In this document: positions 55,244-64,000 of the stretch, piece after piece
How the letters are laid out: every line of letters begins with the position of its first letter
How positions within the stretch are numbered: the stretch's first letter is position 1
Origin: Eubacteriales bacterium
GTDB taxonomy: Bacteria > Bacillota > Clostridia > Oscillospirales > CAG-272
Assembly (NCBI GenBank): GCA_051867815.1
Contig: JBJDZD010000141.1
Span: forward strand, 19,432-83,431
Length of the DNA: 64,000 nt
Direction: 5' to 3'
Program-made: the position numbers and the translations under genes
Notes under the pieces: generated by a model
The model's database searches: none
The model's input: the letters and a program-made list of their open reading frames with translations, nothing else
What the model was told of the DNA's origin: nothing

Positions 55244-56149
55244 TTGGCGGACAAGATGGAGAAAATTCCCGAAAATGTGTTCCTGGCGTTGCCCGAAAGG
55301 GTTCGCCGTGATATTGCCGAGCAGGCAGGAAAACTGCCGAGGCTCGAGGAGATAAGATTACACACCGGCAGGCGTGTAACGTTAACCTCATCGGGCAGAA
55401 ATGTGCCGACCGCGGAGGTGCTCACGCGCCACGAGATGGACCGCACTCTGACAAGGCTTTGCGAGGGGTCGGTTTATGCCTACCGCGATACCATAGCGGA
55501 GGGATACATAAGCCTGCGCGGCGGCGTTCGTGTGGGTGTCTGCGGCAGGGCGGCAACATCAGGTGGAAAGATCGTCGGAGTTTACGATATAGATACCCTC
55601 GCCATCCGCATACCCCATAAGTCGCCGTCCCTCGGTCGCGAGATAATCGAGCTACTTGACAAAATGAAATATACGCGCGGCGTTCTGATCTATTCGCCGC
55701 CCGGTGTCGGCAAGACGACGCTTTTGCGTTCGCTTGCCTTACTGCTGGCTTCGGGGAATGATGCAAAACGGGTTAGCGTCGTCGATACGCGCGGAGAGCT
55801 TGCCTTTTCGCTTGAGGGAGCCGCGCTTTGCCTTGACCTGCTTTCGGGATATTCCAAAGCGGCCGGGATATCGCTTGCCGCGCGGACGCTCGGCAGTCAG
55901 GTCATCATTTGCGACGAGATAGGTAATCGCGCCGAGGCGGATGCCATACGTGAGGCGCATAATTGCGGTGTTCCGCTGATAGCAAGTGCGCATGCCGGAA
56001 GTGTTAGTGAGCTTCTCGGACGTTCCGGGATGAGCGAGCTTCACCGATCGGGATGCTTCGGAGCTTATGTCGGCATAAGCCGTAAGGGCGATTTCGGTTT
56101 TGACTACGATATTTGTGCGAGGGAGGATGCTGACGATGCTTTGGGCTAA
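55244..56149 (+). CDS. spoIIIAA: Stage III sporulation protein AA (ATPase)
   Basis: It has the Walker A PPGVGKTTLLR and the Walker B-like VIICDEIG, and it is first in an AA-AH gene string. The start is ambiguous between TTG 55244 and ATG 55256. Confidence 0.9.
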   Translation: MADKMEKIPENVFLALPERVRRDIAEQAGKLPRLEEIRLHTGRRVTLTSSGRNVPTAEVLTRHEMDRTLTRLCEGSVYAYRDTIAEGYISLRGGVRVGVCGRAATSGGKIVGVYDIDTLAIRIPHKSPSLGREIIELLDKMKYTRGVLIYSPPGVGKTTLLRSLALLLASGNDAKRVSVVDTRGELAFSLEGAALCLDLLSGYSKAAGISLAARTLGSQVIICDEIGNRAEADAIREAHNCGVPLIASAHAGSVSELLGRSGMSELHRSGCFGAYVGISRKGDFGFDYDICAREDADDALG

Positions 56150-56621
56150 GGCGGCAGGCGCGATATTGCTCTTTTGTGCGGTGGGAGTTCTTTCGGTATC
56201 CGGCAAACGGCGGGATCGCGAACGCCTTAGCCGCCTCGGCGCGCAGATGCGTTTTGTAAGATTTGTTCGTGACCGCATTGACCGCTTTCTTGCGCCCGTC
56301 TCGGATATCCTGCGAGAGGCGGACGGCGAGATGATGTGCGGTGTTACACTCGGCTGTGAGGGCGAGTTTGCCGATATCGAAGGACTGCGCGCCCTGCTTC
56401 GCGGCGGCGAGTATTATGCGGACGGCGGTGCGGTCTTTGATGCCTTTTTGGAGAGCCTCGGGTCGTCCTACCGCGACGGCGAGCTTGCCGGGTGCGACGC
56501 CTGCCTTGCAGATCTCGGTACGGTTCATGAAAAGCTTGCCGCCGACTTGCCGCGCGAGCGAAAGAGCAGGACGGTGCTTGCTTTTTGTCTTGCCGCCGCG
56601 CTCATAATAATTTTGATTTAG
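56136..56621 (+). CDS. spoIIIAB: Stage III sporulation protein AB
   Basis: It has an N-terminal TM (MLWAKAAGAILLFCAVGVL) and a C-terminal TM (VLAFCLAAALIIILI), and it is second in the operon. A GGGAGG RBS lies 9 nt upstream of ATG 56136. Confidence 0.8.
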   Translation: MLWAKAAGAILLFCAVGVLSVSGKRRDRERLSRLGAQMRFVRFVRDRIDRFLAPVSDILREADGEMMCGVTLGCEGEFADIEGLRALLRGGEYYADGGAVFDAFLESLGSSYRDGELAGCDACLADLGTVHEKLAADLPRERKSRTVLAFCLAAALIIILI

Positions 56622-56628
56622 AGGGAAA

Positions 56629-56823
56629 ATGGACATATCTTTGGTTTTGAAGGTGCTTGGCGTGGGGATACTGATCGCCGTTTCGGGTCAGATACTCACC
56701 AAAACGGGCAGGGACGAGCAGGTGACTTGGTTGACCGTTGCCGGTATAATTGCGGTGCTTCTGATGCTGATAAATGAGATTGCCGGGCTATTGACGGCTT
56801 TGCGCTCACTGTTTGGGTTGTGA
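56629..56823 (+). CDS. spoIIIAC: Stage III sporulation protein AC
   Basis: The 64-aa two-TM protein MDISLVLKVLGVGILIAVSGQILTKTGRDEQVTWLTVAG is typical of SpoIIIAC. Confidence 0.9.
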   Translation: MDISLVLKVLGVGILIAVSGQILTKTGRDEQVTWLTVAGIIAVLLMLINEIAGLLTALRSLFGL

Positions 56824-57221
56824 TGGATACATATAAGCTCTGCGGGGTGGCGCTCATTTGCGCGCTGGCGGCATTTCTCCTGCGGAATATCAAAAAGGAA
56901 TTTGAACTGCCGCTGACTCTGACGGGAAGTGCGATGCTCATAGGTGCGGCACTCCTGATGGCTGAGCCGATAGTGGAGTATATAAAGGACCTCGGCGAGC
57001 AATCGCCCCTCGCCGGCGATGCTATTGAAACGCTGATGCGCGTGATGGGCATTGCCATGCTGACACGCATCGCATGCGATATCTGCCGCGAAATGGGCGC
57101 GTCGGGCGTGGCTTCATCGCTTGAAACCGTGGCAAAATTTGAAATAATCATACTCAGCCTGCCCCTTGTCGGCTCGCTGCTCGACAGCATAAAAGCTTTG
57201 TTTGCTCAAGCCGGACTATGA
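56823..57221 (+). CDS. spoIIIAD: Stage III sporulation protein AD
   Basis: It is a ~132-aa four-TM protein carrying GIAMLTRIACDICREMG and AKFEIIILSLPLV. The ATG overlaps the spoIIIAC TGA. Confidence 0.9.
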   Translation: MDTYKLCGVALICALAAFLLRNIKKEFELPLTLTGSAMLIGAALLMAEPIVEYIKDLGEQSPLAGDAIETLMRVMGIAMLTRIACDICREMGASGVASSLETVAKFEIIILSLPLVGSLLDSIKALFAQAGL

Positions 57222-58339
57222 AGATAATTGTCGTTTTACTTGCGCTGTGCCTGTTTACCCTGCCGGTCGCGGCGGAGGATATGCCGGGCGAATACGGGGA
57301 TTTTGCGGATGCCATTCCCGATGACGTTGCCGAGATGCTCCCGGACGGCTTTTTTTCCGATGATTTCGGCGAGATACAGAACGCAGTCACGAATGTTCTG
57401 TCGCCCGGATATTTGATAAAAACTGCGTTTTCGCTTCTCAGCGGAGGGCTTTCGGGTGCTTTTTCAATGTTTGCGGTCTTGGTTGGACTGTTGGCGCTTA
57501 CGGCCCTTTTGAATGCTTTGGCGGACACACTCTCTTTGCCAACGCTGAAGGCCGCCGTGAGCTACGGCTCGTCGGTATGCACGGCAACTGCGGCGGTTTC
57601 GATGCAGCTGACGCGGATAATTGCCGTAAGCGGCTTTTTCAGCCGAATATGCGCCATTATGAATTCACTTTTGCCCATCATGGGCGTTCTTTACGTTTCC
57701 GGCGGCAATACCGCAGGTGCGGCGGTCGCAAGCACGGGGTTGCTCTTTCAGATTAATATCATCGAGCTTGGCTCGACCGTGTTGGTCGTTCCTTCGGTCT
57801 GCGCCTGCATGGCGCTTACACTTGCCGACACTCTGCGTGTCGGCGAAAGCTCGCTTGCCGGAATTTCGGGGATGATAAAGCGGAGCGTGACCTTCGTTTT
57901 CGGTCTGTGTGCAACGCTTTTGACGGCGTCGCTCTCCGCGCAGAGCATTCTTTCCGCGGCAGGCGACAGCGCAGGTGCGCGCGCGGTTAAATTCGTTGCC
58001 GGAAATATGATTCCGGTCGTCGGTTCCACGGTTGGCGAGACGCTGCGCACGTTTGCCACGTCGGTCAAGCTTTTGCGCTCCACAGTCGGTGTTGCCGGCA
58101 TTGCCGTGCTTGCTTTGATGATATTGCCCACTCTGATAGAGCTGTTTTTGACGCGGTTTGCGCTGAATACCGCCGCCGCGATAGGCGAGATAATGGGATG
58201 TAAACAGACAGTTAAGCTCTACCGGGAGCTTGCCTCGCTCTACGGCTACGTTATCGCCGCGGCGGCAATGGCATCCCTGCTTTGCGTATTTGCGCTTACT
58301 GTGTTTGCCGTCGGGCGCGTGGCAATAGGAGGGCTTTGA
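57218..58339 (+). CDS. spoIIIAE: Stage III sporulation protein AE
   Basis: It is a 373-aa polytopic membrane protein with a signal sequence, in the expected operon position. An ATGA overlap links it to spoIIIAD. Confidence 0.85.
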   Translation: MKIIVVLLALCLFTLPVAAEDMPGEYGDFADAIPDDVAEMLPDGFFSDDFGEIQNAVTNVLSPGYLIKTAFSLLSGGLSGAFSMFAVLVGLLALTALLNALADTLSLPTLKAAVSYGSSVCTATAAVSMQLTRIIAVSGFFSRICAIMNSLLPIMGVLYVSGGNTAGAAVASTGLLFQINIIELGSTVLVVPSVCACMALTLADTLRVGESSLAGISGMIKRSVTFVFGLCATLLTASLSAQSILSAAGDSAGARAVKFVAGNMIPVVGSTVGETLRTFATSVKLLRSTVGVAGIAVLALMILPTLIELFLTRFALNTAAAIGEIMGCKQTVKLYRELASLYGYVIAAAAMASLLCVFALTVFAVGRVAIGGL

Positions 58340-58818
58340 TGATAGGCGAATACTTTATAGGAATAGTCACGGCATCGGTTGCGGTGACGCTCGTGTCAAT
58401 GCTGTACCCGGAGAGCGGCGGCGTGCGCCGAACACTTGATTTGTTTTTGTCGCTCTGCTTGCTCTGCGTTATTCTCGCGCCGCTCGGCACAATGATTGCA
58501 AAGGCACGTGATGAGATTGACTTTGATATTTTTGACGATATAACCGCAGGCGATATTGCCATGGACGACGCCGTATACAATTCGCTTGCCGAGGCAAGCA
58601 GAATACAGATTGAGGAGAAATTGACGGAGCTTTTTCTTGAGCGCTTCGGCGGCGAGATCGAGGTGCGCGTCGACGTCAGTGCCGAAGGAGGTCAAGTAAA
58701 GCTTACGCGAGTGATTCTGACGCTCTACGGCAATTCAATGTGGGAGGATCCGCGAGAGTTGCGTGAATTTGCACGCAAATATACCGATGCGGAAATTTTG
58801 ATAGTTAATGGGGGTTAA
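58339..58818 (+). CDS. spoIIIAF: Stage III sporulation protein AF
   Basis: Two N-terminal TM helices (IGIVTASVAVTLVSMLY, LFLSLCLLCVILAPL) are followed by a soluble domain. The ATG overlaps the spoIIIAE TGA. The assignment rests on position and topology. Confidence 0.75.
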   Translation: MIGEYFIGIVTASVAVTLVSMLYPESGGVRRTLDLFLSLCLLCVILAPLGTMIAKARDEIDFDIFDDITAGDIAMDDAVYNSLAEASRIQIEEKLTELFLERFGGEIEVRVDVSAEGGQVKLTRVILTLYGNSMWEDPRELREFARKYTDAEILIVNGG

Positions 58819-58819
58819 T

Positions 58820-59275
58820 ATGAAAAAGGACAAAAAGCAGGTGATTTTGGCCGTCCTTGCGGCGGTACTGGGACTTATCTTACTGCTTTTGGGCAGTTTC
58901 GGCGGAAAAAAGGAGGATGCACAAAGCACGCCCGATGAGATCGAGGCGTACTGCAAGTATCTGGAGGAGCAGGCGGTGCGGCTCTGCGAGAGCGTGCGCG
59001 GAGTTTCCGACGTTACGGTCGCACTGACGCTTGATGGCGGCTTCAGTCAGGTCTACGCTGCCGACAAAACCACGACATCGGGTTCGCAGAGCATTGAGTA
59101 TGTCAAAGTCGGCAGTGAGCTTTGCGCGGTCAGTGTATCAACCCCTAACGTTACGGGTATCGGCGTTACCTGTCGGGGCGGAAACAACGATTCCATCCGC
59201 GCCGAACTTACGGCACTTCTCTCGGCGGCGTTCGGCGTACGGGCAAATAAAATTTATATTACCGAGGCAGGATAG
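58820..59275 (+). CDS. spoIIIAG: Stage III sporulation protein AG
   Basis: A single TM helix is followed by a ring-building-motif-like domain (VSDVTVALTLDGG...VTGIGVTCRGGNNDSIRAELTALLSAAFGV). Confidence 0.8.
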   Translation: MKKDKKQVILAVLAAVLGLILLLLGSFGGKKEDAQSTPDEIEAYCKYLEEQAVRLCESVRGVSDVTVALTLDGGFSQVYAADKTTTSGSQSIEYVKVGSELCAVSVSTPNVTGIGVTCRGGNNDSIRAELTALLSAAFGVRANKIYITEAG

Positions 59276-59339
59276 GAATAAATACCGCTGTTGATAAATA
59301 TGATATAGTACAAAAATAACTGACTTACGGAGGAAAACC

Positions 59340-59891
59340 ATGAACATGGAAAATTTGAGCGAAAAGTTGAAAGACTTTTTCGCAAAGCTCGGAAAGCGCA
59401 ATCTCATAATTATTTGCAGCGTGCTTCTCGTCGGCGTTATTGCGGTCGGCACTTGGGCACTTATCCCGGCAGACAAGGGGGACGACATACCCTCGGGTGG
59501 TGAAGGCGACGTCACCGACGCAGGCGCACAGAATGAGGTTGACAGCTATTTTGCGGCATCCCAACTGAGTCGTCAAAAGGCACGTGATGAAGCCATGGAG
59601 GTGCTGCAGAGCGTTATCGACAACGAAAATGCCGATGAAGCCGCCAAGGCGACCGCTCTTGCCGATATCGCACAGATGGCGAAGGATATGGAAGCAGAGG
59701 CGAACGTTGAGACCCTCATCATGTCCAAGGGCTTTGCACAATGCATTGCCGTTATCTCGGATAAGGGTATCAGCATCGTCGTTGACGTTCCCGATACCGC
59801 GCTTACCGCCGCTCAGGTGGCGCAGATCAATACGATAGTTTACGAGCAGACCGGTATAACGCCGGATAAGACCGTGATCATCGAGAAATGA
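59340..59891 (+). CDS. spoIIIAH: Stage III sporulation protein AH
   Basis: A GGAGG RBS precedes it. It has one TM helix, YFAASQLSRQKARDEAMEVLQ and the C-terminal GFAQCIAVISDKGISIVVD, which is typical of SpoIIIAH. Confidence 0.85.
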   Translation: MNMENLSEKLKDFFAKLGKRNLIIICSVLLVGVIAVGTWALIPADKGDDIPSGGEGDVTDAGAQNEVDSYFAASQLSRQKARDEAMEVLQSVIDNENADEAAKATALADIAQMAKDMEAEANVETLIMSKGFAQCIAVISDKGISIVVDVPDTALTAAQVAQINTIVYEQTGITPDKTVIIEK

Positions 59892-60919
59892 GCGAGAAGC
59901 GTTACTTTGCCGCATCGAACACGGAATGCGGATTCGTATCCTACTTTGCGGAGAATTTCCGTAACCGTGCAGACAGGTGTTACATTATCAAGGGCGGTCC
60001 CGGCACCGGAAAATCGCGGCTGATGCGCGAGATGGGCGGTGCGGCGGAGAGTGCCGGGGGCAAGGTCGAGTATTATTACTGCTCGTCAGACCCCGACTCA
60101 CTTGACGGCTTATTTATAACCGTCGGTTCGGGGACGGTGGCGGTGCTTGACGGTACCGCGCCTCACGCAGAGGAGGTCGGATCACCGGGTACGGTAGACA
60201 ACATCCTCGACGTCGGAAGATTCTGGGATACTAAGCTCTTGCGCGAGCGCGCAAGTGAAATAGCGCAATTCGGACGGCAAAAAAGCAACGCGTATGCCTG
60301 TGCTTACCGTGCGCTTGCCGCATACGGAAATCTTACGAGGAACGCAGATGACCTCGTCGAAGCCTGCACGGATGTTGATACCATAGCCGAGGAGACCGCA
60401 AAGATTGCTATGAGCTTGCCGAGCGGCAAGTCCCTCCGCTCACCGCTCTCGGCGGTCGGCATGAAGGGCAGAGTGACTTTTGAAACCTTCCGAGAGGATG
60501 CCAAGCTCTCCCTTAGCGTGACGGACGGGCGACGGTACGGCGTTTCGTATCTCTATTTCGAGCATCTGCGGCGAGCCGTCGGCGGTTGCCGTGTGTCGCC
60601 CCACCCAATAATGTCGGGAAGGTTCGACGGTCTGCTCGCCGGGGGCGTTGCCGTCTGCGAGAGTATTTTTGAGAGCGGTGAGAAAGCCATTGACATAGGC
60701 GAATTCGTTGACCGTTCGAGTTTTCTCAAGGTCAAAGACCGCGTGGATGGCTTGCGCAAGCTCGCCGAAGGGGCACTTGCCGAAGCGGATGTCTTTTTCC
60801 GAGAGGCAGGCGCGGCACACATGAAGATCGAAGAAATATTCACCTCCGCCATGGATTTTGCTGCAAAAGAGGAATATTCGAGCGAGCTTTGCAAGAAAAT
60901 CTCACATGGGGACTTGTAA
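59888..60919 (+). CDS. Uncharacterised P-loop NTPase, translationally coupled to spoIIIAH
   Basis: An ATGA overlap links it to spoIIIAH. It has the Walker A KGGPGTGKS and the Walker B-like VAVLDGTAPH. No TM helices were seen in the 343-aa product. Confidence 0.6.
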   Translation: MSEKRYFAASNTECGFVSYFAENFRNRADRCYIIKGGPGTGKSRLMREMGGAAESAGGKVEYYYCSSDPDSLDGLFITVGSGTVAVLDGTAPHAEEVGSPGTVDNILDVGRFWDTKLLRERASEIAQFGRQKSNAYACAYRALAAYGNLTRNADDLVEACTDVDTIAEETAKIAMSLPSGKSLRSPLSAVGMKGRVTFETFREDAKLSLSVTDGRRYGVSYLYFEHLRRAVGGCRVSPHPIMSGRFDGLLAGGVAVCESIFESGEKAIDIGEFVDRSSFLKVKDRVDGLRKLAEGALAEADVFFREAGAAHMKIEEIFTSAMDFAAKEEYSSELCKKISHGDL

Positions 60920-60953
60920 GTTCGGCAAAATTATGATAAAATAATAGCGACAT

Positions 60954-60984
60954 CCCTCAGTGGGATGTCGCTATTGTTATATCC
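60954..60984. terminator. Bidirectional terminator between the P-loop gene and ackA
   Basis: The stem is ATAGCGACATCCC / GGGATGTCGCTAT with a short loop. Confidence 0.75.
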
Positions 60985-60987
60985 GGC

Positions 60988-62217
60988 TTAAAGAGCTTTA
61001 ACGATTGCCTCGGTATCGCGGCAGATAACAAGCTCCTCATCGGTGGGGATGACGTAAACGGGGATCTTGGAATCCTCGGCGGAGATCTTTACGATGTTGG
61101 GCTGGCGGAGAGTAACATCGTTGACTTCCTTATTGAGCTTGATTCCGAAATACTCCATGTCCTTGCAAACGATCTCGCGCAGACGGGGGTTGTTCTCGCC
61201 CAGACCTGCGGTGAATACCAAAGCGTCAAGGCCGTTCATGATTGCGGTGTAAGCACCGATGAACTTCTTTATCTGATGCTTGAGCATGTCAACTGCGAGC
61301 TTGGAGGTTTCGTAGTGTTCATCGGAGGGGCCATTTGCAATTGCCTTTTCAAGGTCACGGGAATCGGAGGAGTAGCCCTTGGTAAGACCGATATAGCCGC
61401 ATTTTTTGTTCATGTAAGAGGCAACCTCGTCGGCACTCATGTTCTCCTTCTGCATGATGTAGGGAACGATGGCGGGGTCGATATCGCCGCAACGTGTACC
61501 CATGAGAACGCCTGCAAGAGGAGTAAAGCCCATGGAGGTGTCCATTACCTTGCCGTCCTTAACTGCGGATATGGAGGAGCCGTTGCCGATGTGGCAGGTA
61601 ACTATCTTGGTGCCTTCGGCCTTGCCACCGAGGAGCTTGATCATTTCGCCTGCAACATAGCGGTGCGACGTTCCGTGAGCGCCGTAGCGGCGGATGCCGT
61701 ACTTCTCGAACATGTCGTACGAGAGGCCGTACATATAAGCCTCGGGAGCCATGGTCTGGTGGAATGCGGTGTCAAATACGAGCACCTGGGGAACGTTTGC
61801 CATAACGGCAAGGCATCCCTGAATGCCCTGAATGTGTGCGCCGGTGTGAAGGGGCGCGTAATCGTAGCAGAGCTTGAGCTTCTCGAGAACCTCATCGGTG
61901 AGAAGAACGGACTCGGAGAAGTAGTAGCCGCCGTGGACTATTCTGTGGCCCACAGCCTCGATCTCCGACATGTCGGCAATAACGCCGATCTCGGGGTCGG
62001 TAAGTGCGTCGATAACAATGCGGACTGCATCGGTATGAGTGGGAATGGGGAGCTTCTTTTCGGTGCGCGTAGCTTTAACGAGGTTCTTGTGGTCGAGAAC
62101 GCCGATCTCCTCGCCGATGCGCTCACAAATACCCTTAGCCTTGACCGAATAATCCTCGGTATCGAAAAGCTGGTACTTCAGCGAGCTGGAGCCTGCGTTT
62201 ACAACGAGTAATTTCAT
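60988..62217 (-). CDS. ackA: Acetate kinase
   Basis: MKLLVVNAGSSSLKYQLF, VGHRIVHGG and RYGAHGTSHRYV are present. ATG 62217 has a GGAGGA RBS 8 nt upstream. Confidence 0.95.
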   Translation of the reverse strand: MKLLVVNAGSSSLKYQLFDTEDYSVKAKGICERIGEEIGVLDHKNLVKATRTEKKLPIPTHTDAVRIVIDALTDPEIGVIADMSEIEAVGHRIVHGGYYFSESVLLTDEVLEKLKLCYDYAPLHTGAHIQGIQGCLAVMANVPQVLVFDTAFHQTMAPEAYMYGLSYDMFEKYGIRRYGAHGTSHRYVAGEMIKLLGGKAEGTKIVTCHIGNGSSISAVKDGKVMDTSMGFTPLAGVLMGTRCGDIDPAIVPYIMQKENMSADEVASYMNKKCGYIGLTKGYSSDSRDLEKAIANGPSDEHYETSKLAVDMLKHQIKKFIGAYTAIMNGLDALVFTAGLGENNPRLREIVCKDMEYFGIKLNKEVNDVTLRQPNIVKISAEDSKIPVYVIPTDEELVICRDTEAIVKAL

Positions 62218-62333
62218 TTGGAACATCCTCCGTATACAGATAAAAATATTTTTCCAATCTTATATATTATACACCATTATTTGCACTTTTTCAAGTATAT
62301 AATGGAAAATTAACACAAAAACAGGTAGCAAAA

Positions 62334-63449
62334 ATGAGAAATGTCGGAATAATTTGCGAATATAACCCACTTCACGGCGGTCACAAGTACATGATAGATC
62401 GGCTTCGTGACATGGGTGCCGAGAGGGTGATTTGTCTTATGAGTGGCAACTCGGTACAGCGCGGTGACTTCGCCGTGTTGCCGAAGCACGAGCGCGCGCT
62501 TTGTGCTGTAAAGGCAGGTGCTGACGCGGCACTTGAGTTGCCGTACCCCTATTCCTCGGGGGGAGCGGAGTTCTTTGCCGGCGCAGGCGTCGATATACTT
62601 GCGCGGCTTGGCGTTGACACCGTTGCTTTCGGCAGCGAGAGCGGCGATCTCGACCGTCTTGAGCAAATGGCGGCGAAATCGGAGGGATTCGTGCCGTCAG
62701 AGGACAAGTCGGTTGGCATCGCGGCTGATTATTTTGCCGCGCTCGGCGCGGTCGGGCCGAACGAGGTTCTGGGAATCGAATATCTCAAGGCAGGGAAGAG
62801 GCGCGCCCCGAAAATGCAATTCGTGACCGTAAAGCGCGAGGGCGCAGGATACCGCGACGTCGACACGGCAGATGAGTATCCGTCCGCCACCGAGCTTCGC
62901 CGAGCGATTGCAGGGGGGGAGCTTGACAAATATTCGTCCTCACAGCTACCTGACGAATCGAGAAGCGTTATCGAGGGAGTCCCACCCGTATTTATGAAGA
63001 GTATCGAGAGCGCCGTCCTCGCTTTTTGGAGGATGTGCGATGCGGAAAGCGTCGTCATTTGTGCGGAGTGCGGCGGCGGAGTGGCACAAAGACTGAAAAC
63101 AGCGGCAAACGAGAGTGCGACGCTTGAGGAGTTCTTCAAAGCGGCGGCGACAAAGCGGTATACGGATTCACACCTGCGCCGCGCCGCGCTTTTCGGCATG
63201 ACGGGTGTTACGGCGGAGGACTTGAAGGCCCGACCGGCCTTTACGAGTCTTTTGGCGGCAAACAGGTCGGGAATAGAGTTCCTATCGGAGGTCAAAGGGA
63301 TTGAGGTCGTCTCAAAACCGTCGAAGATACCGCCCACGGAGGAAAGCGCGCGGCAATTTTTGCTCGGAGCGCGCCTTGACGCGCTGTATACGCTTGCAAT
63401 GAAGAAGGAAAGCGGTTATTTCTTGCGCCAAAGCCCGAAAATTATATAA
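62334..63449 (+). CDS. tmcAL: tRNA(Met) cytidine acetate ligase (YlbM/UPF0348 nucleotidyltransferase family)
   Basis: The N-terminal GIICEYNPLHGGHKYMI is the HxGH-type signature of TmcAL/YlbM. Length is 371 aa. Confidence 0.8.
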   Translation: MRNVGIICEYNPLHGGHKYMIDRLRDMGAERVICLMSGNSVQRGDFAVLPKHERALCAVKAGADAALELPYPYSSGGAEFFAGAGVDILARLGVDTVAFGSESGDLDRLEQMAAKSEGFVPSEDKSVGIAADYFAALGAVGPNEVLGIEYLKAGKRRAPKMQFVTVKREGAGYRDVDTADEYPSATELRRAIAGGELDKYSSSQLPDESRSVIEGVPPVFMKSIESAVLAFWRMCDAESVVICAECGGGVAQRLKTAANESATLEEFFKAAATKRYTDSHLRRAALFGMTGVTAEDLKARPAFTSLLAANRSGIEFLSEVKGIEVVSKPSKIPPTEESARQFLLGARLDALYTLAMKKESGYFLRQSPKII

Positions 63450-63474
63450 TTTTCAAAGAAAATCAAAAATATGA

Positions 63475-63503
63475 TTGACTTTGCGCACAAAATGTGATAC
63501 AAT
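63475..63503 (+). promoter_or_regulatory. Sigma-A promoter with extended -10
   Basis: TTGACT (63475-63480), a 17-nt spacer and TGATACAAT (TGn + TACAAT, 63495-63503) are present. Confidence 0.65.
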
Positions 63504-63554
63504 ATAATATACTGTGCCGAGGTATCGGCATGATCAATGTTTTGGAGGTAACAG

Positions 63555-63851
63555 ATGGCAAACGAAGAAAAATTTGCCCCCGTCGAGGGTAAGTATCTCA
63601 GATATATGGAACAGCCCCTCGTCCGCGAAGGTCACACGATCTGCTACGGTGACAAGAGCGATAAGTGCTTCCTGATCCTTGAGATAATGTCTTATAAGAA
63701 AGAGCACGGCCGTGACCTGCCCGATAAGATACTTATTCAGGTGGTTGATTCCAAGGACCCGAATAAGATCATTAAGCAGGGAGACAAGAGCGGGCTTCAT
63801 AACGCCCTCACCATGGGCATGATTTGGCTTGAAAGAGCAAACAGAGCTTAA
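63555..63851 (+). CDS. Small hypothetical protein (98 aa)
   Basis: A GGAGG RBS lies upstream of the ATG. There is no TM segment and no family was recognised. Confidence 0.55.
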   Translation: MANEEKFAPVEGKYLRYMEQPLVREGHTICYGDKSDKCFLILEIMSYKKEHGRDLPDKILIQVVDSKDPNKIIKQGDKSGLHNALTMGMIWLERANRA

Positions 63852-63855
63852 AACT

Positions 63856-64000
63856 ATGAAAGAGCACAAGAATCTCCGCCTTTTGCGGATACTCTCAATA
63901 CTCGCGGTATTTGCGATGCTTTTGTCCGTCGTCGGTTGCGATTTCAGCTTCGGTCTGGCGACCGATACAACCTCCGGTGAAGAAAACGGTGACGAAACGA
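63856..64000 (+). CDS. Putative lipoprotein, N-terminal fragment (continues beyond the window)
   Basis: MKEHKNLRLLRILSILAVFAMLLSVVGC is a signal peptide with an LSVVGC lipobox. The ORF remains open to the right edge. Confidence 0.6.
   Translation, partial: MKEHKNLRLLRILSILAVFAMLLSVVGCDFSFGLATDTTSGEENGDET

Overview
This 64-kb chromosomal window comes from a spore-forming Firmicute that looks Clostridia-like, with GC-rich coding regions and short AT-rich intergenic islands. Most of it is tightly packed housekeeping and sporulation genes. These are spoIID (cut by the left edge), a ParC-like topoisomerase subunit, tsaC/sua5, prfA, an M18 aminopeptidase, an SLT transglycosylase, coaE, a YjjG-type HAD, murB, whiA, dnaE, a class A PBP, mnmA, secA, pcrA, rplM-rpsI, a glmM/glmS operon, one tRNA(CAT), alaS, a complete spoIIIAA-AH operon, ackA and tmcAL. 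The clear accessory feature is a ~15.6-kb single-strand seven-gene operon (about 36.8-52.45 kb) lying between the tRNA and alaS. It encodes an 1142-aa solute-binding protein with two duplicated beta-sandwich modules, a permease pair, a signal-peptide/NHL-propeller/TPR/Yip1 membrane fusion, and an 1857-aa secreted protein. That secreted protein has an uncharacterised ~970-aa N-terminal region, a ~800-aa Ala-rich helical stalk, a poly-E/D tract and a small C-terminal domain. The operon ends with a second, insertion-bearing permease pair. It has no ATPase, no regulator and no recognisable catalytic family or cell-wall anchor, and this is my best candidate for an undescribed system. Other oddities are listed below.
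- A 45-aa protein made almost only of Asn/Gln/Lys, with its own RBS and terminator and a forespore-type promoter match.
- An XRE-HTH::GlmM fusion heading a glmM / hexapeptide-transferase / glmS operon that lacks a glmS ribozyme.
- A second P-loop NTPase translationally coupled to spoIIIAH.
- Two related polytopic membrane proteins, the first overlapping the secA stop codon.
- A coiled-coil membrane protein wedged between an orphan ParC-like gene and spoIID.
All family assignments rest on motifs read by eye from the supplied translations. No database search was run.
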